60,787 nucleotides of DNA from Candidatus Saccharimonadia bacterium (GTDB taxonomy: Bacteria; Patescibacteriota; Saccharimonadia; UBA4664), in contig DATIIV010000006.1 of the NCBI GenBank assembly GCA_035479295.1, forward strand, positions 1 through 60,787. Direction: 5' to 3'. A program made the translations under genes and the position numbers. Below the pieces are notes generated by a model. It saw only the letters and a program-made list of their open reading frames with translations. It was not told where the DNA came from and did not search any database. Shown here one piece after another: positions 1-9,200 of the stretch (position 1 is the first letter of the stretch; the number at the start of each line of letters is the position of its first letter).

Positions 1-31
1 AAACCGGCGGCACCCTCCATCCCGAACCAGC

Positions 32-199
32 TCATTCGTTGACGGTCGGTGCGTCAGTGCTGGGTGGCGGGGCGGGGTTGGTTCGCGTGGTGTGCTTGGA
101 GGTGCCATCCGGCTGCTGCAGGCAGGTGATGAGGTCGCTGAGCGAACTCACCTCAACCTGTCGGCCGCAACGCGGATTGGGACACTGCTTGTATGGCAC
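32..199 (-). CDS. small hypothetical protein (55 aa)
   Basis: Not in the supplied track (<60 aa). GTG at 199 follows a GAGAGGAGAA Shine-Dalgarno. There are 55 codons to the TGA at 32-34. The product starts MPYKQCPNPRCG. It lies 28 nt downstream of the GtrA-like gene on the same strand. No family recognised. Confidence 0.3.
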   Translation of the reverse strand: MPYKQCPNPRCGRQVEVSSLSDLITCLQQPDGTSKHTTRTNPAPPPSTDAPTVNE

Positions 200-226
200 A
201 ATTCTCCTCTCGGGAAGAGTGGGCGT

Positions 227-778
227 CTAGCCCTCCCGGAACGCCCACAGCTTATAAAGCGTAAAGTTCCAAATGGCGCTGCCGATCACCCCCATACCAA
301 ACGCGATCGTCTTGATGACGAACGTGCGGGTGAGAATACCCGGCACCAAGTGTACCACACCTAGGCTGCGCGCCAGATCGAACCAGAAACCGCTAAAAGC
401 CACTCCGCCGCCCGTGCCCGAGAACACGTACACTAGCGTGGGCTGAATCACCCAGATCGAGACCAAGGTGGCTACCAAGAACCGCACGCCGCTCCGGCCC
501 AGCCCCGCCCGGCTGGCAAAGACCCAGCGCCGGTTCCAATAAAAACTGTTGATCATGGCTACTGAGCCCGAGAAGAATTTAACAATAAAGACCTTGTCGA
601 GCGGTACATTTAGCAGCTTGGTGATGAGCAGGTAGAGCGTATAATCGATCACCGTGTTGGAGATGCCGACCAGGCCAAACTTGGCGCCTTGCTTCACGAG
701 GGCGGTAGCAGTCTCCGGCTTAGCTGAGGTTTTATTCATTGATCGAGCGGATTTAGCGGGGCGCGCAGGGGCGGCCAT
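227..778 (-). CDS. GtrA family membrane protein
   Basis: ORF track 227..829. The core FGLVGISNTVIDYTLYLLITKLL plus several hydrophobic segments is typical of GtrA. Start moved to ATG 778 (MAAPARP) because GAAGGAA lies 8 nt upstream. 829 (TTG) or 739 are alternatives. Confidence 0.75.
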   Translation of the reverse strand: MAAPARPAKSARSMNKTSAKPETATALVKQGAKFGLVGISNTVIDYTLYLLITKLLNVPLDKVFIVKFFSGSVAMINSFYWNRRWVFASRAGLGRSGVRFLVATLVSIWVIQPTLVYVFSGTGGGVAFSGFWFDLARSLGVVHLVPGILTRTFVIKTIAFGMGVIGSAIWNFTLYKLWAFREG

Positions 779-869
779 GAGGCGGTTCCTTCTTTGCTTA
801 AGCATAACTATTTTGTGACATTTTGCCAAATATCCGCGCCGCGGCTTCTGGGGTGCGTTGGGTATTGAA

Positions 870-897
870 CAGCCTCTCCGGGTGGCCGGAGAGGCTG
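870..897 (-). terminator. perfect 12-bp hairpin after the 4422->1113 operon
   Basis: CAGCCTCTCCGG-GTGG-CCGGAGAGGCTG lies between two minus-strand transcription units. There is no strong U-tract. Confidence 0.5.
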
Positions 898-1112
898 GGG
901 TAGAGGGACGAATTGGTTAAGGCTAGGCTAGGCGCCCACTCTACGGCGGTACTCGTCGTAGAGCTGAGCGTTAAAGCCTATTTCGAGATCTGAGTGAGCT
1001 GCCCCTGATAGGCCGAATGATCTTGGCCACGGCCTTGGATTTGGGGTGATGGGGGAGGTCTATGGCATTCACGGTGAGACCTTCCTTAATTTGCGAAGGC
1101 GAGCTCTTACGC

Positions 1113-1748
1113 TTAAGGGTGGTGTAGGCCGCCATACTTGTCGCACTCGTAATGGTCTCTCCGTATTTCGTCCCAGCGCGAACTGCCATCCTCGTTGAGC
1201 AGACGGCGGTGATCGCCGCGAGCCATCGGCTCATGCTCAGAGGTGCCGCGCACGGGTATGCCGCGGACGGTAAGGGCACACTCGGCGTCCTGGAGCAGCC
1301 TTGGCTCGTCGGAAAAAGCATCGTTTGGCCAGGGCAGGGCTGTAAACGACAGCTCTCCCTCGTCGCCGTAGATCCAGTTGCCCAAGAATCGAATCCGAGG
1401 TAGCAGTGGCTCAATCGTCACCACGTGGATACGGTGCAGATCTGGGTAGCCGGTCTTCGTGAAGAGCCACTTCTCGGGGATAGAGGTTGAGCGCGCTTCC
1501 TTTCGTAGCCGGGGCAGATGGCCGGGATGGTGGTCTCCGAGATACTCGGCGGCCACCTCGCACTCCCGGCGCCCCTGCAGTCCATGCTTCAGCGCATGGC
1601 TTCCGCAGAACACCAGGGTAGAGGCGGCGCCATCGTCCAACAGACCAACGGCGTAATCGATCTCGTTGTAGACGTAATCGGGGAACTTACCGGTGGCGGT
1701 GAGCTGCGAGCCAAAAACGGCAATCGCATCATATGGCTGAGTCGGCAC
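1113..1748 (-). CDS. DUF218/YdcF-like (ElyC/SanA family) protein
   Basis: 211-aa ORF. AIAVFGSQL..., LVFCGSH and HVVTIEPLLPRIRF resemble the DUF218 pattern. It is third in a co-directional gene string. The family call is tentative. Confidence 0.55.
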   Translation of the reverse strand: MPTQPYDAIAVFGSQLTATGKFPDYVYNEIDYAVGLLDDGAASTLVFCGSHALKHGLQGRRECEVAAEYLGDHHPGHLPRLRKEARSTSIPEKWLFTKTGYPDLHRIHVVTIEPLLPRIRFLGNWIYGDEGELSFTALPWPNDAFSDEPRLLQDAECALTVRGIPVRGTSEHEPMARGDHRRLLNEDGSSRWDEIRRDHYECDKYGGLHHP

Positions 1749-1791
1749 GTTCGTATAGTAAGCTACGGGGCCGGGTTGAGTCCAACCAGCG

Positions 1792-2688
1792 TTATGCCTC
1801 GATCTGCCGCGCTAACTCTAGCGCCGTCAGCCCTGACTGGAGTTGCAAATCGCGCAGCCTGGCCTGGCCGCCAGACCAAATAGGGGTAGCGGCGCTGCGG
1901 AGCCAATAACCGGCCAGCCAGTGCAGAGCATTGGCGTCGAGTCGACCGGCGTGCCGGGTCATCACGGCTAGGCCCGATTGCTGGACATGAACGAGCGTGG
2001 CGGCCACATCAAGCCGGCCGTCACCCAGGTGCATCCAGTCCCAGTCCACTAGCTTAACGGCCGCCAGCCGAGCATTCCAGGCGCAGTTGTCGGCGCGAAG
2101 GTCGTTGTGGCTAAGGGCGTCGTCGCGAAATTCAAAGGCTTGGCTGCGTTCAGCCTCGCGCGCCCAGTTGAGCCTGGCGGCTAGGTCATCGTGACCGGCC
2201 GCCCGGAGCTTAGCTCGTAGCGTGGCCTGCAGCTCGGGGGAGGCTAGGAGCGGAACCCAGCCCTCGTTGTGCCGGCCAATCGTTTGGCGCGAGAAGTAGG
2301 CGCGATCGGCGCCGGTGGGGGTAATGGCCGCCAGTGCGTCCCGGGCCGCCAGCGTGGCATCGAGCCGAGCGTGGGTCCAACTTCCGCTCCAGTCCCAGCC
2401 GTCTTCGGTCGCCAGACTCGTTATGGCAAAGCCGGTCTCATCGTTATTTACCGCTACCAGCTCGGGAATATGCGGGTAACCCTGATGCTGCAAGAACCGG
2501 TAAACGGCGATCTCTTTTTTAACCCAGTGTTTCGTGTCGTCCTGCAGGCCAATCTTGATAAAAACGTGGCGGCCGTCGTTCAGGCTCAGCAGGCCACGCT
2601 GCGTAATGCTAAAGCCGCCGCCGACCGGACGGAGGCCAGAGAGCCGATGCTCGATGTCGTTCCAGGTAAGCTTCATGATGGCTCGCAT
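1792..2688 (-). CDS. phosphotransferase (APH/choline-kinase-like) family protein
   Basis: 298 aa. Contains the catalytic-loop-like HNDLRADNCAW and LVDWDW motifs. The ATG directly abuts the TAA of the upstream gene (TAAATG). Confidence 0.75.
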   Translation of the reverse strand: MRAIMKLTWNDIEHRLSGLRPVGGGFSITQRGLLSLNDGRHVFIKIGLQDDTKHWVKKEIAVYRFLQHQGYPHIPELVAVNNDETGFAITSLATEDGWDWSGSWTHARLDATLAARDALAAITPTGADRAYFSRQTIGRHNEGWVPLLASPELQATLRAKLRAAGHDDLAARLNWAREAERSQAFEFRDDALSHNDLRADNCAWNARLAAVKLVDWDWMHLGDGRLDVAATLVHVQQSGLAVMTRHAGRLDANALHWLAGYWLRSAATPIWSGGQARLRDLQLQSGLTALELARQIEA

Positions 2689-4422
2689 TTAGGTAAAGAT
2701 TGCCTCAAGTCCCATCGCTTGCTTAGCCAGGAACGAACCGCGTCGCCGCAGATACCACCGGATAAGCCAGCGTTGCAGCGGGGATGTTATGAGCAGGAGT
2801 CGATCGGCTGGGCGGTAGGCGGCTCGGCGGCGAGTGGCCAGCACAAGGAGGCGACTCAGGCCAGGCGGGGGAGCCTGGCGTAGAGCCTGCTGCAGCGCTG
2901 CCACGTCGATGCGGTAGTGTTGCGGGTAGCGGTCAGTGTAGGCGAGCACGCGCTGCTTGAGCTGCTCAAATTCAGCTGCCGTCAGGCCTTGCAACATGGC
3001 TTGGCGTACTACGGCCAGAATCTCCAAGGTGTCGCGCTCAAACTCGAGCGAGGCCTGCAGGCCAGCCGGCAGGTGCAGGGTTCGACCCAGCGCCACCATT
3101 TGGCGACCGATCGCCGCGGCTTGGCGGCCTTGCTCAACGGCCGCCTGCGGCCGCCGCACCAGCTCGCGCATTAAACCAATAAGCACCGGCTCCGTTACCA
3201 CTCGGTCCCAGGCTAACCAGCCCAGTGAGGGCAGCCGGCTGCGCCGAACGTAGCGCGGCTGTTGGGCGAATTCGCGCACGTACAATCCGTCTTTAACCGC
3301 CTGATCGGACAGTTGGAGCAGTCGCTCAAAGCCACCCGCGTCAGCGATGCTGTGAGCTTGGCAGAAGGCCGCCACCGCCTCGCGCACACTCTCGCCGCGC
3401 TCATATAATCGCACTGTGACCGCCGCATTGAGCTCGTTCCAGAATGAACCCTCATCCAGAAACGACACCGTACTCCAGGTTGGCCGGGCCCAGCCACCCG
3501 TTTGGCACCACACCTGTATGCCTACGAGCTGGGGGCAGTGTCGCAATTGGGCTAGATAGTTGGCATAATCCCAGCCCACAAACGATGGGTAGAGCCCCAT
3601 ACCCTCCCACTCCCGGCGGGCTTGGAGCTCTACCATGATGGGGTGGTGGCTCGCCACCAAGAGTGGATTTAGGTCCAGGTGGCGCATAAAGTCGGTGTCG
3701 CCATACTTCATGCTAATAATGAGCTGCTGGCTGGTGATCTCGCCAAAGACGCGGTCAAAAGTACGGCGGCTCCAAATGAGGTCACCCACCGGGTGCATAC
3801 CGACGGTCCAGGTGCGCACGATCAGCTTAACCTCGTGCTGCTCGCAGATTGGTAAGAGCCGGCGCAGCAAGGCGTTTAATTGTTGCGGCTGCCGGAGCTC
3901 GATGCGGCTGACAAATTCGCTCGTTACGTCTAGGCCGTCGTGCTCGCCTATGCGCAGAATTAGCCCGGCTATCTCTGGAAAGAGCCGGAGCGCCGCCTCA
4001 AATGTCTGAGCAAACAGCTCCTGAGTCGACCGGCTCGTTCCGCGCAGGTGCGTGTCGATGTCGGCATTGCGAAACATATAATCGCTATTTATGTAAACCG
4101 CCACGCCGTGAGCACGAGCTAGCGCAAACAGCCGTCGGTACAGCTGTTGGTACTGGCCAATCAGTCGCTGTAACGCCGGCCGGTAGAATGGCAGAGCTAC
4201 CACATGCGCCAAATCATCCAGGCTCACGGCGTTATAGCCCAGCGCCGTCACTTGCTCCAGATACTGTTCAAAGCGCGCCGCCACGTAGGCCCGCGTCTCG
4301 GCCGTCAGTTGGCCGTCCGTCTCTAGATTGGCAAAGTCGACCTTCGACCAGTTCACCACCGGTTGATTGGGGTTGGGCCGATAAAACGGCCCCAGCGCGT
4401 CGATGAGGCAAAGTTTTGGCAC
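2689..4422 (-). CDS. hypothetical protein, possibly TIM-barrel glycoside-hydrolase-like
   Basis: 577-aa ORF with a GTG start. The block ISMKYGDTDFMRHLDLNPLL...ELQARREWEG resembles the GH67/GH115-type pattern K.GP.DFQ..EP. Weak, by eye only. Confidence 0.6.
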   Translation of the reverse strand: MPKLCLIDALGPFYRPNPNQPVVNWSKVDFANLETDGQLTAETRAYVAARFEQYLEQVTALGYNAVSLDDLAHVVALPFYRPALQRLIGQYQQLYRRLFALARAHGVAVYINSDYMFRNADIDTHLRGTSRSTQELFAQTFEAALRLFPEIAGLILRIGEHDGLDVTSEFVSRIELRQPQQLNALLRRLLPICEQHEVKLIVRTWTVGMHPVGDLIWSRRTFDRVFGEITSQQLIISMKYGDTDFMRHLDLNPLLVASHHPIMVELQARREWEGMGLYPSFVGWDYANYLAQLRHCPQLVGIQVWCQTGGWARPTWSTVSFLDEGSFWNELNAAVTVRLYERGESVREAVAAFCQAHSIADAGGFERLLQLSDQAVKDGLYVREFAQQPRYVRRSRLPSLGWLAWDRVVTEPVLIGLMRELVRRPQAAVEQGRQAAAIGRQMVALGRTLHLPAGLQASLEFERDTLEILAVVRQAMLQGLTAAEFEQLKQRVLAYTDRYPQHYRIDVAALQQALRQAPPPGLSRLLVLATRRRAAYRPADRLLLITSPLQRWLIRWYLRRRGSFLAKQAMGLEAIFT

Positions 4423-4428
4423 GGCTTT

Positions 4429-4434
4429 ATTTTA
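4429..4434 (-). promoter_or_regulatory. -10 box TAAAAT, 6 nt before the GTG start at 4422 (leaderless design)
   Basis: Plus strand ATTTTA at 4429-4434. The reverse complement TAAAAT-aaagcc-GTG. Confidence 0.45.
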
Positions 4435-4513
4435 GCACCGAGTCGCAAGGTATAGCTCTGCGGTCCTAGTATGTACGGTCTATACCGCCGTAGAACGCTC
4501 AACCATAAGTTGA

Positions 4514-4519
4514 TATAAT
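4514..4519 (+). promoter_or_regulatory. extended -10 (TGaTATAAT) for the 4542 gene
   Basis: TGATATAAT at 4511-4519, followed by the AGAGAGG Shine-Dalgarno and ATG 4542. Confidence 0.5.
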
Positions 4520-4541
4520 CCGGCCGTAAAGAGAGGTGACT

Positions 4542-5222
4542 ATGGCAATCAAGGCAAAACAGAAGAATATTGAACATAGCAGCTGGCGGGTGCTTAGTGT
4601 GGTGCTACAGCTTGGGCTGGCAGGCGCTATTGTGGTGGCGCAAATATCAACCTACGGTTTGGCCGAGCGCGCTCATAACACCGACTTTCTGGGTCTAAAC
4701 TTCTTTAGCTACTTTACGATCCAGAGTAATATTTACTGCGCCATAATGCTTGTTATGGGTGCGGCGCTCATTGCCTCAAATAAGCCGTATGGGCCATGGT
4801 TTACGTTCTTACGCGGCGGCATGGTCATCAATATGGCTATTACCGCCCTGGTGTACGCCCTGCTTTTGCAGCATGCTAGCGCTGCTCATGCCGGATTGCA
4901 GTGGAGTTGGCAGAACTTTATCGCTCATCAGCTAGCGCCAGCCTTTGTGGCGATTGAGTGGCTGGTCTGGGCGCCCAAGTACCAGATATCATGGAGGCAG
5001 TCGTTTCTGTGGCTAATCTATCCGGTGTTGTGGCTTATCTATACCTTTATTCATGCGGCGATTACAGGTTGGTATCCTTATCCATTTCTGGACCCAGCAC
5101 TGGTGGGCGGTGTCGGCGGCGTGATGGCGTATGTTATCGGCATTACCGTTGGCTTTACGACTATTGCGTCGGTGGTGGCCTGGGTTAGCCGGCGGCGGTC
5201 GGAGCTAGCCGGGGCGTTTTAA
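4542..5222 (+). CDS. Pr6Pr (FAR-17a/AIG1-like) family integral membrane protein
   Basis: ORF track 4536..5222. Multi-TM, with the FFSYFTIQSNI motif characteristic of this family. ATG 4542 is preferred (SD AGAGAGG 6 nt upstream). Confidence 0.65.
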   Translation: MAIKAKQKNIEHSSWRVLSVVLQLGLAGAIVVAQISTYGLAERAHNTDFLGLNFFSYFTIQSNIYCAIMLVMGAALIASNKPYGPWFTFLRGGMVINMAITALVYALLLQHASAAHAGLQWSWQNFIAHQLAPAFVAIEWLVWAPKYQISWRQSFLWLIYPVLWLIYTFIHAAITGWYPYPFLDPALVGGVGGVMAYVIGITVGFTTIASVVAWVSRRRSELAGAF

Positions 5223-5230
5223 AAATAAAG

Positions 5231-5276
5231 AAGGACGCTTTGATCACTGCCAAGGCGGCAGCAAAACGTCCTTTTT
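5231..5276 (+). terminator. intrinsic terminator
   Basis: AAGGACG...CGTCCTT stem with inner CTGCC/GGCAG pairing, followed by a TTTT run, 9 nt after the stop at 5222. Confidence 0.6.
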
Positions 5277-5329
5277 AGCCATACGGCTAACATTAAGAAA
5301 GGTCGTCCTAAATGGGATGACATCATGCT

Positions 5330-5626
5330 TGTGGACCCAGGGATGGGCCGGCAAAACTCGCCGGGGTTCACGCAGGCCATCTACCAGGGGCGTAGTTGGC
5401 GTTCCGGGGTTGGCTTGGCCACCTCAGGGGCAGTAATTACTCCTTGGGCCTCGCTGGCTGGGGCAAGAATTGGCAAGGGTTTTGGTTTGGCTTTAAGCTT
5501 CATTTGGCAATTAATGCGCAGGGTCAAGTCTCAGCTCTCGTCTTTACTCCAGCGGATGTCTACGATGGCCATGTCGCTAAGCAGTTAATCCGGGCTGAGA
5601 CAAAGATGGAGGTGGTGGGTTTTTGA
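5330..5626 (+). pseudogene. DDE transposase remnant (IS982/IS4-like)
   Basis: The 76-aa fragment has WGKNWQGFWFGFKLHLAINAQGQVSALVFTPADVYDG, matching the GWFyGFKLHL..n..Gei......t.gnvdD core of IS982-type transposases. The upstream part is in another frame with an in-frame TAG at 5393. No terminal repeats seen. Confidence 0.6.
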
Positions 5627-5683
5627 ATTCACGGAGGGTGACATCAGCCAAAACCATAAGCTTTGTGGTAATCTTGTGGCGCG

Positions 5684-5974
5684 TTGCTCATAGCGGCTTG
5701 GGTGCCCGACCGACCTGGTTGGCAGCGGCGGCTCCATCAGGGCGCGGCCTGGCTGATGGCGGTACTGTTTCTGCCGTTGGCCGCGTTTATTGTAGCGGCG
5801 CCCGATTTGGTCTTTCGGGTGCGGTTTGTGGCGGCGGCCATTGGTTTGTATATGCTGGGCACGTTTATCTGGGGTGTGGTGCTGCGGGGTGGCCGACAGC
5901 ATTTTTTGGCGTTCCAGGTCATCTACATCATCGCGTTTCGGGTGCTTATTCTGGCGGCAGCTTATCTGTCGTAA
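5684..5974 (+). CDS. hypothetical small membrane protein (possibly 5'-truncated)
   Basis: 96-aa ORF with 3 hydrophobic segments. Only a TTG start, no SD. Lies immediately after the transposase remnant. Confidence 0.3.
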   Translation: MLIAAWVPDRPGWQRRLHQGAAWLMAVLFLPLAAFIVAAPDLVFRVRFVAAAIGLYMLGTFIWGVVLRGGRQHFLAFQVIYIIAFRVLILAAAYLS

Positions 5975-6199
5975 TTAATGATGATGCACCACGGCGTGAC
6001 CCAGGCCTTGGCGCAGTAGCGGCCACAGGGTTAGTGAATAACCCATAACGAAAGCCAGCATAACCGAGATGATAATGGCCGGCCCGACTTTGCGGTGCGG
6101 CGCATTGGTAATCACCATGCCCAGGGTCTCGCCCAGGCCGCAGCCGATGAGGCAATGGGTGGTGGCGGTTACGGCCAGCTTAGTGGTGCGGTCAAGCAT
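5975..6199 (-). CDS. DUF4396-like small membrane protein
   Basis: 74 aa with the HCLIGCGLGE motif typical of DUF4396, two TM segments and a His-rich C-terminus. Shorter than I would expect for the family. Confidence 0.5.
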   Translation of the reverse strand: MLDRTTKLAVTATTHCLIGCGLGETLGMVITNAPHRKVGPAIIISVMLAFVMGYSLTLWPLLRQGLGHAVVHHH

Positions 6200-6211
6200 G
6201 GACGGGCCTCA

Positions 6212-9200
6212 TTAGGTTGGCTGAGGCAGCGTTAGGGTGACGGTAGTGCCTCGACCCAACGCCGACTGGACTTGGATGGTGCCGCCCAAGTACGTCATAA
6301 TCAGCTGATCCAAATATAGGCTGAGGCCGGCACCTTCGTGCTGGAAAGTTAGAGCGCCTTCGGCTTTGGCAAAGGGCTTAAAGAGCTGGTTGGCAAAGTC
6401 GGGCGGCATGCCTTGGCCGTGATCGGTGATAGCCAGCGTGAGCTGACCCGGCGTGCGGCTGGTGGTGATATCAACCTGGCCGCCCTCGTTGCTATAAGCG
6501 GCGGCATTGTCTAACAGCGAGCTCATCACCTGGCCAAACAGTTGCGGGTCACGGAGACCGGCGGCTTGGTCAGGAGGGGTATGGAGAGTAATGTGCTTGG
6601 CGGCGGCCACAGCCGGTGTTTGCCAGAAGGCGGCCAGCTTAACAGGCTGCGGCTGGGGTGGCTGATTGGCGGCCGTAAGGCGGGTGACCAGAGCAAAACG
6701 AGCCAACAGTTGGGCAAATCGGTTGAGGCCTTCGGTGGCTGCCTGCTGCGCCGCTGCATTAGCGAGCTGGTTCGCCTGGGCCTGCAGCGCGGTTACATCG
6801 CTCTGCAAGGCCGCCACCGCCTGGCTCATAAAACGGTTGCGCTGGGCGTCAAATTGAGCCTGATCGGCCAGGGCGCGGTCCAGGATGGCTTGTTCCTGAT
6901 GCTTCAGTCTGCGCGACCGCAGCAGCGCATAGAGCCCGGTGGCCATGGCGATCAGTAGCGCGCCCTGAATAGCTAAGTTGAGCCACCAGCCCAGCAGCTG
7001 CGCACCGGCCAGGCTAGCCAGCAGATTGCAGACCACCACCAGTAGTCCTAATATCCCAATAGGGAGCCAAAAACTAGGACGGCGTCCCAGGCCGCTAACT
7101 ACCGTAGGAGCTGGCGGCAAAGCGCTGGCCGCGTTAGTATTGGCTTGAATATTGCCCAAAACTTCCTCCACGCGCCGGGCCAAATCACCGACAGTCTGGC
7201 CAAAAGCCGCCTGGCTGGCCGGCGCGGAATGGGCGTCAGCCGGCAGTTGGGCCGCGTCTACGCTGGCTCGGACGAGCGTAAGCGGCGTGCGCAAGTAGTG
7301 GGATGCCAGCTGCCGAAACACATCTTTTTGTTGCGCCACGCGAGCCTGCAGCTCATAAAATTGCCGCTGCCGCGTCGTGCTCGCCACCTCCCGCCGCAGC
7401 GCCACTACCAGCCAGGCCATAGCCAGGCCCAGCAGCACAAATAGCAGGTAAGGAAAACCTAGCCACACGGGCACCGGCACCTGGCGAATGAGCCGCTGCC
7501 AAAGCGGCCTGACCGGCGCGGGATTAATCAGCGATCGGTAGCTGGCAAACACCAGGCGTACCACGCCCTGGCGGTCAACCCGCTGAGTGAGGCGCACATC
7601 GGCTTGATGATCGGCGTTAACATCGGGCGTGATGGGTTTATTAGGCGCCAAATGGTAAGTAGTGGCAGCGGTCGTATCACGGGCGGGGTTTATGCTTAGG
7701 CTAACAGCTGTGGTAGTGGCACTTAGCACATTAATAAGGTAGGTTTCGCGGTCGCCGGCGGTAGGTGTAAAGCTAAACCTATCGCCAGCCTTGACGGGGG
7801 CGCTATAGCCGCTGCCATCCACAAAGGTGGGGATGGTGGTTAAATCAACCACTGGTCCGGGGCTAGGGCTGGGCGAAGGAGCCGGGCTGGGGGTTATGGT
7901 GGGGCTGGGACTAAGGCTCGGCGAGCCAGTCGGTTTGGTCGGGAGGGGAGAGGGTGCGGTGGTGGGCACCGGTGTGGCGCTCGGGTTAACGCTTGGCGAA
8001 GGCGAAATTGACGGCGACGGCGTGGGCGAAGGTGCAGCTACGGCGCCATACACCATGACGCGACTATTGCCCGAATCAGCCACCAGTAGCCGCGAGCTAA
8101 CCGGGTCATACCGAATACCCAGCGGAAAGTTAAGGCCGTCCTGCCCGCCGGCAAAGTTACTGCTGACAAGATCAGGCTGGCCGAGCGCTAAGGCCGCGGC
8201 TTGTCCCGTGCTAACGCCGCCAGACGCATCATAGGCTAGCACGCGGCTATTGCCCGAATCCGACACCAGTAAATAATTCCGGTCGGGATCATAGGCGATG
8301 GCGGTGGGATCGTTGAGCGTCGTGGCGGTAGTGGCCGAGCCGGTGCCGTTAAAGTCGATCTGGCCCAGCACCGCCGTTGCCGCCATACCGTCGTTGACGC
8401 CGCCGGAAATATCGTAGAGGAGCACGCGGTTGTTGCCAGAATCGGCCACCGCTAGACTGGTAGCGGCGGCGTCATAATACACGCCTTGCGGCGCATTTAA
8501 GCCTGTGGCCCCAGTATTGCTGGTATTAGCGCCCAGATCCGGCTGACCGAGCACGTGGCTGGCATTCATATTGTCGGTTAGGCCGCTCGACAAGTCATAA
8601 ACCATGACCCGGTTATTGCCCGCATCCGCCACAAACAGCTCCTGCGTGGTGGGATTGTAGGTCAAGCCAGCCGGATTGGCGATGGCGTTGGCCGTGGCCG
8701 GGCCGCTTGAGCTCATAAAGCTATTGTCGGTTAAATTGGGCCGCCCCAGCACATGGGTCGCCGGCATTCCATTACTAAGGCTGCCCGAGAAATCAAACAC
8801 CATCACCCGCTGCAGCGGCGAAGTCTCGGTGACAAACAGCCACTGGTGGGCCGCATCATAAGCCAGGCCGGCGCCATAGGTAACATTGCTGGCGGTCGCC
8901 ACCGAGGCAGCATTACCCACATTGTCGGCGGTTTGGATCAGGCCAGCCCCTGCCGTTAGGCTGCTCTGGCCCAGCACTAAATCGGCATTATCGCTAAGCC
9001 GTTGGTTCTGGCTACCGAGGTTATAAACCAGTATTCGAGCATTAGCATAATCCAGGACAAAAAGGCGATGACGCGTCGCGTCCAATTCTACATCGTCGGG
9101 GCTGTTAAGGCTGCTGGCTAGAGGCTGATTATTGGCGCGGTTATTCGTGGCATAGGTGGCGGTGCCGCCCGGGGTAGTTTGGCCCAACTCCGTACCGGCG

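Noticed and set aside
971-1414. 147-aa ORF overlapping the DUF218-like gene, and a possible 54-aa basic protein starting at 1135.
   Set aside because: It overlaps a better-supported frame. It has no SD and its composition is Ser/Pro/Arg-rich. The short tail ORF cannot be supported without homology evidence.
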